A DNA stretch of 64,000 nucleotides from positions 96,001-160,000 of the forward strand of contig CBDCLE010000026.1 in the NCBI GenBank assembly GCA_965218585.1. The letters are read 5' to 3'. This document shows, piece by piece, positions 21,045-31,029 of this stretch. The position numbers and the translations under genes are program-made. The notes under the pieces are model-generated. The model was not told where the DNA came from, did no database searches, and saw nothing but the letters and a program-made list of their open reading frames with translations. Source of the stretch: Terriglobia bacterium (lineage in GTDB: Bacteria; Acidobacteriota; Terriglobia; 20CM-2-55-15). Every line of letters begins with the position of its first letter. Position 1 is the first letter of the stretch.

Positions 21045-22662
21045 ATGGACAGCAAGAACCAACATTACTCTCTGAAGGCAGTCGCGTTGGGGACCGCCGT
21101 GTCGATGCTGTTGGGTTCGTTTCCTCTGGATCTGGGAGCAGAGCCCGGGGACATCGTCGGGGACATCGTTCTCCTCGGTACAGTTGAGAGATCTGGTCGG
21201 CGTCTCACTAATGACGCAACGCTTTTCGAAGGCGACACTATACGAACAGCTTCGTCGAGTGGCGGCGTACTTCGCCTCGGGGGAGCCCGTATGGAAATTG
21301 GGCAGTCCACCTACCTGGAAATAGTTCGTGCCGAGCCTCTGACGATCACACTGAGTTCCGGTTCGCTTGCTTTCAATTTTCCTGACGAGTTCGATTTCGA
21401 GATTACGACGCCGCAACTCGAAGTTCGTCCGAACCCCGAGTCTCGGGCGGTTTCGGGAGAAATTCTCGCTATCCCGGAGGACGAAGACCGCGTAGAGAGC
21501 CGTAGCGGCTCCCTGAGCATCCTTGAAAGACAGGAACATGGTGCGATGCGAAGTGTGAACGGAGGAGAAATCCTGATCGCATCGTTAGTACCCACGGTCT
21601 CCATCCCGGTTGCCAGCCCCACGTTTGCGCCACTGCAGGCGCCAACCCCTATCGCCCAATTCCAGGCCGTTGAAGGGGACGTCCGACTCCAGCGCGTTAA
21701 TACCACCCTGACGACACGTGTTGAGAATCCAGGCATCGCTTTGTTCAACGGCGATACCGTGAGCACTCTTCAAGGTCGGACCGATATCCTCTTCACGGAT
21801 CAAAGCCTGATCAGTCTTGACGTGGGCACCACGGTCACGCTCGAAGAGCAACCCCAGCCTACCGGCATCTTTCGTCGGATCACGCAGGGCTTGGGTAACC
21901 TCTTCTTCGACATCCAGGAGGTTGTGGGAACCGAAACCTCACTTGAAACACCGACAGCGGTGGCAGCCATAAGAGGAACAGAAGGTAACCAGATTGTCCC
22001 CAACGAAACTCAGAGCACACACGCGCTGAATGAAGGACTGGAAGACATTACTGAGCGGATCACACAGCAGACCGTCACGATAACCGACGGCCAGCAGGTC
22101 ACGGCGATTCGGGGTGTCGGTTTCACACCCATCGTCGCCCTGTTAGCCCTGATCCCCAGACCGGGCATAGGCGGGGGCGGCGGCGCGGCGGGCGGGGGCG
22201 GTGCGGGCGGGGGTGCTGCAGGCGGCGGTGCGGGCGCGGGGGGGCGGTGCGGGCGCCGGCGCGGGTGCTGGTGCGGGCGGCGCGGCCGGTGGAGCGGCGG
22301 GCGCAGCTGCCGGAGCCGCGACGTCCACGGTAACTTCTGTCGCCTCTGTCGCAGCAGCGACGGCAGCTACGGCGGCGGGTGTTACAGCTGCCGTTGTCAT
22401 TCCAACCACAAGCGACGAACCCGCCCCCGAAGACTCAGCGACCGTACCGCTGAGCCGGCCGGGAGGCGAACTTACGACCGGAGGCGAACTCACTGCCGCA
22501 CTTTCCGTACCGATCGCCAGCCGACGAGGCCCACCACCCGCCAGTGCATCCGCACCCGGACGGCCTCTAGGTCGACCTCCTGATCGGTCAGACGGACCAC
22601 CAGGACAGCAGGAGGGTGGACCACCGGGACAGCCGGAAGACAGACCTGTCGGACGACCATAG
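21045..22662 (+). CDS. secreted protein with FecR-like domains and Gly/Ala-rich tail (frameshift in G7 run 22238-22244)
   Basis: Signal peptide, LFEGDTIRT and LFNGDTVST repeats, TPTAVAAIRGT; the Gly-rich tract continues in the +1 frame to 22662. Confidence 0.75.
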
Positions 22663-22789
22663 AAAACGAGTTGCAGTCAGTCCACGCCTGACTTAACACA
22701 GACTGCGCAAACCAGCCCGGACTGCATCCGCAGTTCAATGTTTGAACCAACCTGTCAGATCCGCCATAGGCGGTAGAATGACCAGCTCT

Positions 22790-23299
22790 ATGTTGAAAGA
22801 TCACACGGACACACTGAGGAAGGGATATCCGGCGCCCGAATTCGAGCTACAGACGGCGAACGGGGAAAAATTCGCCAGCAAGGATCTCAGGGGGAAGAAG
22901 TCGGTGGTGTTCTTCCTGCGGGGGACCTGGTGACCTAACAGCAGAAAGCAACTGACTCAGTTGGAGTCAGATTGGGACGAATTTGATCGAAAGGGCGTGG
23001 GAGTTGTCTGCATCGCAGCCCAGAAGATTGATGGCATGACAGGAGCGAAAAAATTCGTAGAAAAACACAACTACAGGTTCCCGATCCTGTTTGACGAGAC
23101 GCGTGAGGTAACGAAAGCCTACGGCGTATATCACCACGTCGGCCTGGATGCCTATCGCATCGCCCACCCTTCGGCATTCATTCTTGATCCCGAAGGGGAA
23201 ATCCAATGGATCGCCGTCAGCCCGAACCAGGTCGAACTGCCTCAGAACTCAAATATCTTCGAAACCATTCAAGCTATCGAAGCCGCCGGTAAATATTGA
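22790..23299 (+). CDS. selenocysteine-containing peroxiredoxin-like (AhpC/TSA redoxin) protein
   Basis: APEFEL...VVFFLRGTW-TGA-PNSRKQL reads in frame into FPILFD..VTKAYGV..AHPSAFILD; TGA at 22931 occupies the catalytic Cys position. Confidence 0.88.
22934..22970 (+). promoter_or_regulatory. putative bacterial SECIS element
   Basis: Stem ctgactc (22952-22958)/gagtcag (22964-22970) with loop AGTTG starting 25 nt after the UGA. Confidence 0.75.
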
Positions 23300-24473
23300 A
23301 ACCCACTTTGAAGGAATCTGTCCCGTTCACCGTGTACTGAGCCGTCGTCAAGGGACGGGCGGTGGAGAGAACGAACTCAAAGGTGTGCCGGAAGGTAGCT
23401 TTCTGAACGCCCACCGAAACGGCCGGCCGATCGAATATCTCTCCGGTAAATCCCTTCACACGAGGCACATACTCTCCTACTACCGAGACCGACGGGGTGA
23501 GTCTCACGCCTGCACCCACACCGATCGCGGCCGTGTAGTCAAACTCTTCTCCGAAGAGAAACTGTGACGGCAAAAAGGTGTCGTCGTTCCGCGTATTGAA
23601 GGCAATACTGGGCGCAACGGAAAGCGAAAATCGGTCTCCGAAGCTTCGTGTCGAAACAAACTGCACAAACGGAGCAAACCGATCCCGAAAGTTATTCCGG
23701 CCTTCGATTCCGACGCGAAGCTGTGTAGACAACGGGGTTTCGGAACTCTGTTGGGAAAGTTGGAACTGCGAACTGAGTTCTATGGTCCGGTCCAGATTGC
23801 TGCGCATCGCCGAAACGCTCAGTCGATCGGTTAACCCCACCTGAACGCCAAATGTCACAAGCGCGCTGCTATCGAAACCAAACAGGTTTGCAGGCGAATC
23901 CCGGTCAAAGACAGGGAACGTGAAACGATGTCCGATCAGGAACTCTACACCTCCACGCTCCATTCCCTTACCGTTGGGCAGATTGACGATCCGCGGACCG
24001 AAGAAGGCACCTTCCGAGGTGAAGGCGTCCACTGGGCTGGTGGGTACAGGGGCAACCACCGGCGCCTCGATTGCCACCTGAGGCTGGCTAATCACTCCCC
24101 CCACGCTTCTCGCCCCAAGATCCGCCAGGTACTGCTCACCGTCCACTTCCACAACCAGCCGAGCGTTCTCGGGATCCGAAAAATGCAGAATCGTCGCATC
24201 TCCCAGTGGCGCCTGGTTGTACGTGAAACGGTCCGGAAACTGGGAACGCAGCAAGGGTGTGATTGTCATCTCGCTCTCGGCGAAGGCCAGACCAAATTCG
24301 TTTCTCGGCCCTCCACCATTCGGGTTGATGTGACACACACTGCAACTATCAACACCGGGGTTGCGGAAGGGATCAGCCTGATAAATCTGGAGGAACGCGG
24401 GAAAGGCGGATGCCGGCACCGACCAGACGACGAGGAACATCAGAAATATTATGCTTCTACCGGTTCGAGTCAT
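23274..24473 (-). CDS. DUF5777-like outer membrane beta-barrel with N-terminal CxxCH motif
   Basis: Signal peptide, CSVCHINPNGGG, alternating beta-strands, HRF and HTFEFVLS motifs, C-terminal GFNIYRR. Confidence 0.75.
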   Translation of the reverse strand: MTRTGRSIIFLMFLVVWSVPASAFPAFLQIYQADPFRNPGVDSCSVCHINPNGGGPRNEFGLAFAESEMTITPLLRSQFPDRFTYNQAPLGDATILHFSDPENARLVVEVDGEQYLADLGARSVGGVISQPQVAIEAPVVAPVPTSPVDAFTSEGAFFGPRIVNLPNGKGMERGGVEFLIGHRFTFPVFDRDSPANLFGFDSSALVTFGVQVGLTDRLSVSAMRSNLDRTIELSSQFQLSQQSSETPLSTQLRVGIEGRNNFRDRFAPFVQFVSTRSFGDRFSLSVAPSIAFNTRNDDTFLPSQFLFGEEFDYTAAIGVGAGVRLTPSVSVVGEYVPRVKGFTGEIFDRPAVSVGVQKATFRHTFEFVLSTARPLTTAQYTVNGTDSFKVGFNIYRRLR

Positions 24474-25104
24474 GAGTCTCCTCGGTAATTAAGGGACTCG
24501 CAATCGGCAACTTATTGAACCGATGACGGGACACGTGTGGATTTCGCGCAGCAAAAAACCGCCATGGCTTGTCGCGATACTCTCCTGCGTAGTCCACTCC
24601 AATACGCGCACTGGCAAGAATGTCACCAGGATTCAGGTCTCTGTCTTCAAGCCACAACTCCTCCGAGTCCAGGCTCACGGCATTCAGACTCCTGTCCACT
24701 GCCATTGCCTGGCATAGCTTGGCCGGTCCACTGCCGATGTCTCGGTCTCGTGAAACACGTTGACGGTTCCTTCGCATCAGCTCCAGGCCCTCGACGGGTT
24801 CGATAGCTCGGATCAGAACCGCGGCGGGGTACCCCTCCCGTTCCGTAACGGCATTGAGACAAGAATGAAAGCCATAGACAACGAACACGTACGCGTGACC
24901 CGGTTTGCCGAACATCACTTCCGTACGCGGTGTTCTGCCCTTGGAGGCATGGCACGCCAGGTCATCCTCCCCGATGTAAGCCTCGGTTTCGACGACCATC
25001 CCGGCGGTGTGTCCCGTCCGAAGCGGCCGGACCAACACCTTGCCGATCAAATCAACAGCGACATCGATGGTTGGACGGGAATAAAAGCTTTTGGGAAGCT
25101 TCAC
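24457..25104 (-). CDS. DNA-3-methyladenine glycosylase (AAG/MPG family)
   Basis: VETEAY...DLACHA, MFGKPGHAYV, AVLIRAIEP, GPAKLCQA, RIGV. Confidence 0.95.
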   Translation of the reverse strand: MKLPKSFYSRPTIDVAVDLIGKVLVRPLRTGHTAGMVVETEAYIGEDDLACHASKGRTPRTEVMFGKPGHAYVFVVYGFHSCLNAVTEREGYPAAVLIRAIEPVEGLELMRRNRQRVSRDRDIGSGPAKLCQAMAVDRSLNAVSLDSEELWLEDRDLNPGDILASARIGVDYAGEYRDKPWRFFAARNPHVSRHRFNKLPIASPLITEETHDSNR

Positions 25105-26609
25105 TGTCTTCTTGCTTCGGTCAACCCCGCCGACGGCATCATTGCGACCGAGAGCAGGCCGAGAACACTCACAACGGTTCCTACGATAAATACTGAGTGC
25201 AGAGAATTCGCGAGCATAGATTGGAAGGCGGCCACCAGTTCCGGAGAGACCGTGTCGCGGATGGCCGGCTGCAGGAACGCGTTGGGATCCTCAGCCAATT
25301 GCTGGAAACCGAGGTCCGCTCCGGATCCGGATCCGAGAGCGGCAATCTGTGTCGTCATACCCTGGGCCATAACTGTCCCCATAATGGCAACACCGACGGC
25401 GCCGCCGATACTTCTAAAAAACTGAGCTGTCGAGGTCGCAATTCCCAACCGCTCACGGGATACGGATGACTGTACGGCAATGAGTTGCGTAATCATGACC
25501 AGACCCATGCCTGATCCGATGAGCCCCACATTCCACAGTACGACACCGATCCGAGTCTCGCTCGTCATCATGTCCAGGAGGATGAATCCGGCTACCATGA
25601 GCAGCATGCCCGCCAACATGACCCACCGGAAATGAAACCACAGAAGCAGACGGCCTCCGACAACCGAGAACACAACCCATCCCATCAGGAGCGGTGTAAG
25701 GACCGACCCAGCACGCGTGGCTCCAGTGCCCATAACACCCTGAACGAAGAGCGGGATGAAAGAAATCAACCCGAAAATGGCCATACCGGAGAGGAATCCG
25801 TTGAATACGGCTCCAGAAAACACACGTTGACGCAAAAGATCGACCGGGATCAGAGGTTCTTCGGCACGTCTCTCCGCTCTGACAAACAGCATCATGGCAA
25901 CGACGGATCCCGCCGCCAGCATGAGGTTGTTCGACGAAAACAACCCGGCGGACTCCTCACCCCCGACCAGCACCAACATCAGCAACGTTACCGACACCGT
26001 GAACGAAAGCATGCCGAACACATCTATTTCCCGCCGCTTCCCATCAGAGGGTGCTTCTACGAACTGGGTTCCAATGATGAAGGCAGCCACAAGACCGAAA
26101 GGAATGTTCAGGTAGAAAACCCATCGCCAACTGATCTGCTCAGTGATAACGCCGCCCAGCAGAGGGCCGACAATCGAAGCCAACCCCCAAACCCCGCTGA
26201 AGAACCCCTGGACCCTGGCCCTTTCGACGGGAGTGTACAACTCCGCAACAATCGTCATCGCGAGCGGCAGAAGACCACCCGCACCCAAGCCCTGGATAGC
26301 TCGAAACGCAATGAGTTGCGTCATTGACTGAGCCTGCCCGGAAAGAATGGACCCCAACAGGAAAATGGAAATCGCCAGCAGGTAAAGAGGACGTCGCCCA
26401 TATAAATCGGAAAGCTTGCCCCAGGCGGGAACGGTTACCGTCGAGGCCAGCAGGTAGGCTGAAAAGACCCAGCTATAGAGTTCCAGCCCACCCAGTGAAG
26501 CAATCACAGTGGGCATAGCAGTGCCGACGACAGTCGCTTCCAGCGCCGCCAGGAACATTCCGATCAGGATACCGATCGTAATAGTGAGTCGCTTCGTTGA
26601 GGTCTGCAC
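25101..26609 (-). CDS. MDR family MFS transporter (DHA2-like)
   Basis: GKLSDLYGRR motif A, WRWVFYLNIP, many TM segments. Confidence 0.94.
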   Translation of the reverse strand: MQTSTKRLTITIGILIGMFLAALEATVVGTAMPTVIASLGGLELYSWVFSAYLLASTVTVPAWGKLSDLYGRRPLYLLAISIFLLGSILSGQAQSMTQLIAFRAIQGLGAGGLLPLAMTIVAELYTPVERARVQGFFSGVWGLASIVGPLLGGVITEQISWRWVFYLNIPFGLVAAFIIGTQFVEAPSDGKRREIDVFGMLSFTVSVTLLMLVLVGGEESAGLFSSNNLMLAAGSVVAMMLFVRAERRAEEPLIPVDLLRQRVFSGAVFNGFLSGMAIFGLISFIPLFVQGVMGTGATRAGSVLTPLLMGWVVFSVVGGRLLLWFHFRWVMLAGMLLMVAGFILLDMMTSETRIGVVLWNVGLIGSGMGLVMITQLIAVQSSVSRERLGIATSTAQFFRSIGGAVGVAIMGTVMAQGMTTQIAALGSGSGADLGFQQLAEDPNAFLQPAIRDTVSPELVAAFQSMLANSLHSVFIVGTVVSVLGLLSVAMMPSAGLTEARRQ

Positions 26610-26777
26610 TACTTCAATTCTGCTGGAGACAGAGGTCGAAATTTACCAGCCGAGGCATGGCAAACGCTTACTTGAAAATGAAATGGGAGCACCCCGCCTG
26701 CCGGATTCGACTGGCCGCGGGGTTTTCGGATTCCTGGGAGGGGCGGTTCGATCACTCGAACCGGCAAATGCGAAACC

Positions 26778-26978
26778 TTACGCGGCCCTGTTCTTACCCT
26801 TACCTGCTTTCTTTATTTTCCAGTGCGCAAAGGGATATTTATGTCCACAGTTCGGACATTCCCAAGCACCCTGGCGGGTGTCGACCTCCGACTCGTGGAA
26901 CATGCTGACGACCAGGTGACACTGCAGACACATCGTCGGCTGGCTGTTAATCCTTTTGCTTTCAATAACTTTTGTCAT
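26778..26978 (-). CDS. small zinc-ribbon protein
   Basis: CLQC...CPNCG pairs and a basic tail; 66 aa. Confidence 0.6.
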   Translation of the reverse strand: MTKVIESKRINSQPTMCLQCHLVVSMFHESEVDTRQGAWECPNCGHKYPFAHWKIKKAGKGKNRAA

Positions 26979-27166
26979 TTCTCTAAAACCCTCTGCCGTT
27001 GCCGGGCACATCCCTGATTGAGATGGTTCCCTGCCGTTTGGGTTTTAGACGATGGAAATCGAAAAACCGTACCACTATCAAGCAATTCTTCATCAGAATA
27101 GCGGATCAGTAGAGCTTAAGCTACTGAAAAACCGATAGGTTCTCGGCCGCTAGCACGACGAGAACC

Positions 27167-28768
27167 GTGCTATTATCCGGATTTATGCGCATCCCTGTAA
27201 TCCCAATGGCCGTAGTAGCCATACTGGTGAGCGTCGTCTTAGGCGTTATCACACTCCTTCCGCCTGCCGAACGGTTTCTGGATGCACCCATTGTCAGAGC
27301 CCTCCTGGACATCGATGGTGTGGAAACCGACGTCGCCGTAGCTCCGGACGGTGTTCGGTATGCCGTTATCTCTTCGGGAAACCTGTGGTTTACCGATACG
27401 GAGGACGACAGTCGGGTACAACTCACCGACTCGGAGGAGGCTGAATCATCTCCAGCGTGGACCCCGGACGGCAACCGGATCGCGTTCACACGCCAGGAGG
27501 ATACCTACGTTATTCACCCGGAAAGCCGCGAAGAAGAATTGTTCATGGCCGACGCCACCGACCTCTCCTGGTCAGGGACGGGTCAAACAACCTTCGTGCG
27601 AGAGGGCGGACTCTGGGTGGCAACCGTTAACGGAACAGAGGCTCGCGAAATTGTTCCAGCGAACGACAATCCTGATGTGGCCATCCGGACACCACGCTTC
27701 TCTCCCAATGGAAATCAGATCCTCTTTATCCTTTCCATGCTCAACTTGCACGGGGAGATCTGGGTCGCCGACGCGTCGACAGGGGACGCCATTCCCGTAA
27801 TCGCAGATCGGAGCGCCGAAAACCCAACGGGGGCCGACTGGATCATCGACAATCGACACATCGCGTACGTAACAGACAGGGGTGGGGGCCTCGCGGTCTG
27901 GTATGTGGACCTGGATGAATCAACGCTGGTCCCCATAACCGCACCCATGATGGGTCGATCGTTGGCACCGGTAGGGATCGGAGTCCATGGCGAGAGGATC
28001 GTCCTCCCCAGACACTTTATCGATTCCGATATCCGGACTTCCGATGGCCAGCCACTGGTCGAAACCGGGCGTCTGGAGTTTGATCCGGCTGTTTCGAAGG
28101 ACGGAGAATTCATTGCGTACACGGTGGAGAACGAAAGCCGGTTTGAGATATGGATGGCCGAGGTCAACGGGGGCGATCCCCAATACGTAGCCCTGGGTCG
28201 ACATCCCCGCTTTTCACCCAGTGGCAATGAGATCGTTTACTCGAGAGTCGATCTGGACGGGAACAAGGACGTCTGGAAAGTGGACGTGAGGACAGGTCTA
28301 CCGGAACGACTCACCGATGCCGTTGAGATCGACGACGTACCCGACTGGTCCCCGGACGGACGTTCCATCGTGTTCTCTTCCGAGCGTGAAGGCCAGCTCG
28401 CTCTCTGGACGATTCCCGCCTCCGGCGGACAACGACTCCAACTCAACGGAGGTGGCTATGCACCTCGATTTTCCCCGGATGGCAGTCGTGTAACGTATTG
28501 GTATCAGGGCGGCTTATGGACTGCGGGCCTGGACGGAGGCCAAGCGATGCGGGTCGCTGAGGTCGGGGCACCAGTTTTTGGTGCATGGGGCCCCGAGGGC
28601 CCGGTCTTTTCGGAAGGAGGCCGGATTCCGGACGATCCGACACTGGAACCTGCTATGGAGATCTGGCCATCCTTTGACCGCCTTCCCGATGGTAGCTGGG
28701 TGGTTGCGGCGCTCGAAGTCGAGAAGACCGAACTTTGGGTGCTCGACCTCGTCTTTTCGGAACAGTGA
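27167..28768 (+). CDS. TolB-like beta-propeller (PD40 repeat) protein
   Basis: Repeated PAWTPDG, PRFSPNG, PDWSPDG, PRFSPDG; N-terminal TM. Confidence 0.88.
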   Translation: MLLSGFMRIPVIPMAVVAILVSVVLGVITLLPPAERFLDAPIVRALLDIDGVETDVAVAPDGVRYAVISSGNLWFTDTEDDSRVQLTDSEEAESSPAWTPDGNRIAFTRQEDTYVIHPESREEELFMADATDLSWSGTGQTTFVREGGLWVATVNGTEAREIVPANDNPDVAIRTPRFSPNGNQILFILSMLNLHGEIWVADASTGDAIPVIADRSAENPTGADWIIDNRHIAYVTDRGGGLAVWYVDLDESTLVPITAPMMGRSLAPVGIGVHGERIVLPRHFIDSDIRTSDGQPLVETGRLEFDPAVSKDGEFIAYTVENESRFEIWMAEVNGGDPQYVALGRHPRFSPSGNEIVYSRVDLDGNKDVWKVDVRTGLPERLTDAVEIDDVPDWSPDGRSIVFSSEREGQLALWTIPASGGQRLQLNGGGYAPRFSPDGSRVTYWYQGGLWTAGLDGGQAMRVAEVGAPVFGAWGPEGPVFSEGGRIPDDPTLEPAMEIWPSFDRLPDGSWVVAALEVEKTELWVLDLVFSEQ

Positions 28769-29520
28769 CATTGGACTTTGAAAACAAAATCGTTGTCGTA
28801 ACTGGTGCCACAAGCGGCATCGGGCACGCTACAGCCCTGGGATTTGCCGTGCAGGGCGCAACCGTTGCGGGAATAGGAAGAAGCTCGGAAAAACTCGACG
28901 AGTTATCCGCGAAGGGAATACGAGGTTATCAGGCGGACCTTCGCTCAGAAAACGAAACGACCGAAATCGTCAAGACGATGCTGGATGAGCTCGGAGGCAT
29001 CGATGTGCTTGTAAATGCCGCTGGGATCATCGCCTCAGGAAGCATCGAAGACACAACGTTGGCCGACTACGACACGATGATGGGCATCAACGTACGTTCT
29101 ATTTTTCATCTCACCCAACTCTGCCTGCCGTCGATCATCGAGAGGAAGGGGAACGTCGTCAACGTCTCGAGCGTCACAGGCCCCAGGGCTTTCCCCGGTG
29201 TTCTCGCCTACTGTGTCAGCAAGGCTGCATTGGACCAGCTCACTCGCTGCGCTGCGCTGGAATTGGCGCCCAAAGGCGTGCGGGTCAACTCGGTCAATCC
29301 GGGCGTGGTAGGAACGAACCTGCACACGAGTTCGGGAATGGGACCCGACGCCTACGGCGCCTTTGTCGAACACAGCAAGACGACCCATCCGCTCGGTCGA
29401 ATCGGGAAGCCTGATGAGATCGCCGACCTGGTCATGTACCTCGCCTCTGACCGCGCGGGATGGATCACCGGGGCCACCTACGCGATTGACGGCGGCCGCG
29501 GCGAAACCTGCGCAAGATAG
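28765..29520 (+). CDS. SDR family oxidoreductase
   Basis: TGATSGIG, NAAG, YCVSK, NPG, IDGG. Confidence 0.94.
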   Translation: MTLDFENKIVVVTGATSGIGHATALGFAVQGATVAGIGRSSEKLDELSAKGIRGYQADLRSENETTEIVKTMLDELGGIDVLVNAAGIIASGSIEDTTLADYDTMMGINVRSIFHLTQLCLPSIIERKGNVVNVSSVTGPRAFPGVLAYCVSKAALDQLTRCAALELAPKGVRVNSVNPGVVGTNLHTSSGMGPDAYGAFVEHSKTTHPLGRIGKPDEIADLVMYLASDRAGWITGATYAIDGGRGETCAR

Positions 29521-29708
29521 AAATCAGAATCCAGAAGTCAGAACGCAGAGACGCAGAGTATAGGAAGAAATAGGCTCTGTAAGATCTAGTGGTACGGAAC
29601 CTTGAGAGTTCCCAACAACTGTTACGCCAACCCACCCGCGATGGTCGACTTGGGAGCACACAATGGAGTTCTTGTCTCTTCTGATCAGCGACAATCAAAA
29701 CTCCCGGC

Positions 29709-30855
29709 CGTATTGCCTCATTTAAAAATGTTACCGAACTGAGGGTTGTTGCCTCATCGAAAATGTTACCGAACGACCGGTCAAACGGGAGAGTTCTTCC
29801 CGCCGTCGAGGCTGTGGGGCGACCGCCTTTTCCACAGCCCCCGTCGCCCGCAGATGCTGAAGCCGGGCGGACCCGATCCAGTTCGAGCCACTCGCCATCG
29901 AAAGTCTCCAGAATCTGACGCCGCCATTCGCGCACGCGCCGCTGCAGGGTCCGTAACTGACCGTTGGGGTAACGTCCCGGGCGCCGCTGCTGAAGCTCAA
30001 GCAACAGCGACTTTGATGTTCGCCCGGGATCGGATTCAAGCCATGACCGCATCTCCTCCCAGACGCCGTCGAACGGGTCCGGGCGAGTACGCCAGGTGTG
30101 GGGCACAGGTTGTTTCCGTGTTTTGCGATACCGACGCGTGATTCGTTGCTCGAAGCCGGGATCGGGGAGTTCCGCCTCAATCGGGGCTCGGTCTGCATCT
30201 GCGTCGCAGTTCGGGGACACAAGGGCGGCGCGCACGATGTCGTCCGTTAGCGTGGGAGAGGCCAGTTCCTTCGCATGTCTCCAGAATGCATCCTGGAGTT
30301 TCTCAAGCTGTCGTAGGAGATCGACCGGATCCGAACGTTCATAAATCGCAGCAAGGCGAACGCGAACCTCCGGGTCGAGCGCATCCGAATTCGAGAGCCG
30401 TTGATAGGGTGTTTGCGCGATATCGTAGCGTTTCGTCACCCGGGATCCATCGCGAGTCTTCGTCGTGAGCTTCATGGACGGCTGGAAGAAGTTCACGTAG
30501 AGCCGGACCACTCGGTAGAGCTCGGCAAGCTGCCTGTATGCCAGTGAGCCTTCGTAGCGGTCGTAGCCGACCAATTGGCGGACGATCGAGCCGTTCTTCT
30601 GTTCGACGAAGCACTGGTCGTTCTTCCGGCGCGCCCGGCCTCGGGTGAATTGAATCGTTTCACGCTCGCAGTAGGCGAGGAGTCCGTAGTTCATGAACTC
30701 GGAACCGTGTCGTTCAGAAGCCGTGTCGCGTGCTTCCGATGGAACCCGGTCGATTCAAGGAACTCATCCAGGATTCGCTTCTTCTCCGGTCGCGCCGCAT
30801 TCTTGTAGCGAACCGCCGTTCGTAGAGCTAATTCTCGCCTTGCCGCAACAGTCAT
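29709..30855 (-). pseudogene. transposase pseudogene
   Basis: N-terminus MTVAARRE...EKKRILDEFLESTGFHRKHATRLL (from 30855) is joined out of frame near 30708 to GSEFMN...KNDQCFVEQKN..VGYDRY; the middle part is missing. Confidence 0.85.
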
Positions 30856-30954
30856 GTGTGTCCTCACTTCCCACCTCCGTTCTCATAGAGTTGGGTAACA
30901 TTTCTAATAAGGCAACAACCCTCAGTTCGGTAACATTTTCAATGAGTCAATGCG
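29709..30954 (-). mobile_element. internally deleted insertion sequence (integrase-core DDE, ISNCY-like) with long bipartite terminal inverted repeats
   Basis: ~65-bp imperfect IRs (cgtattgcctcatt..aaaatgttaccgaactgagggttgttgcct.. vs reverse complement of 30890-30954), each with two aaatgttacc units. Confidence 0.85.
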
Positions 30955-31029
30955 AGAAGGAATTCTGATTGACGTTGGACACTCTTCTTTCTCTGCGTCC
31001 CCTGCGCCTCTGCGATGATTCTTCCGCAG

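Noticed and set aside
22170-22320. GC-rich tandem repeats as a VNTR or CRISPR array
   Set aside because: Gly/Ala codon repeats within a coding region; no repeat-spacer pattern
26778-26978. CLQCH as a cytochrome c heme site
   Set aside because: No signal peptide, and a second CPNC pair favours a zinc ribbon
29465-29708. C-terminal part of the 409-aa transposase ORF
   Set aside because: Read-through beyond the terminal IR into flanking DNA and the SDR gene
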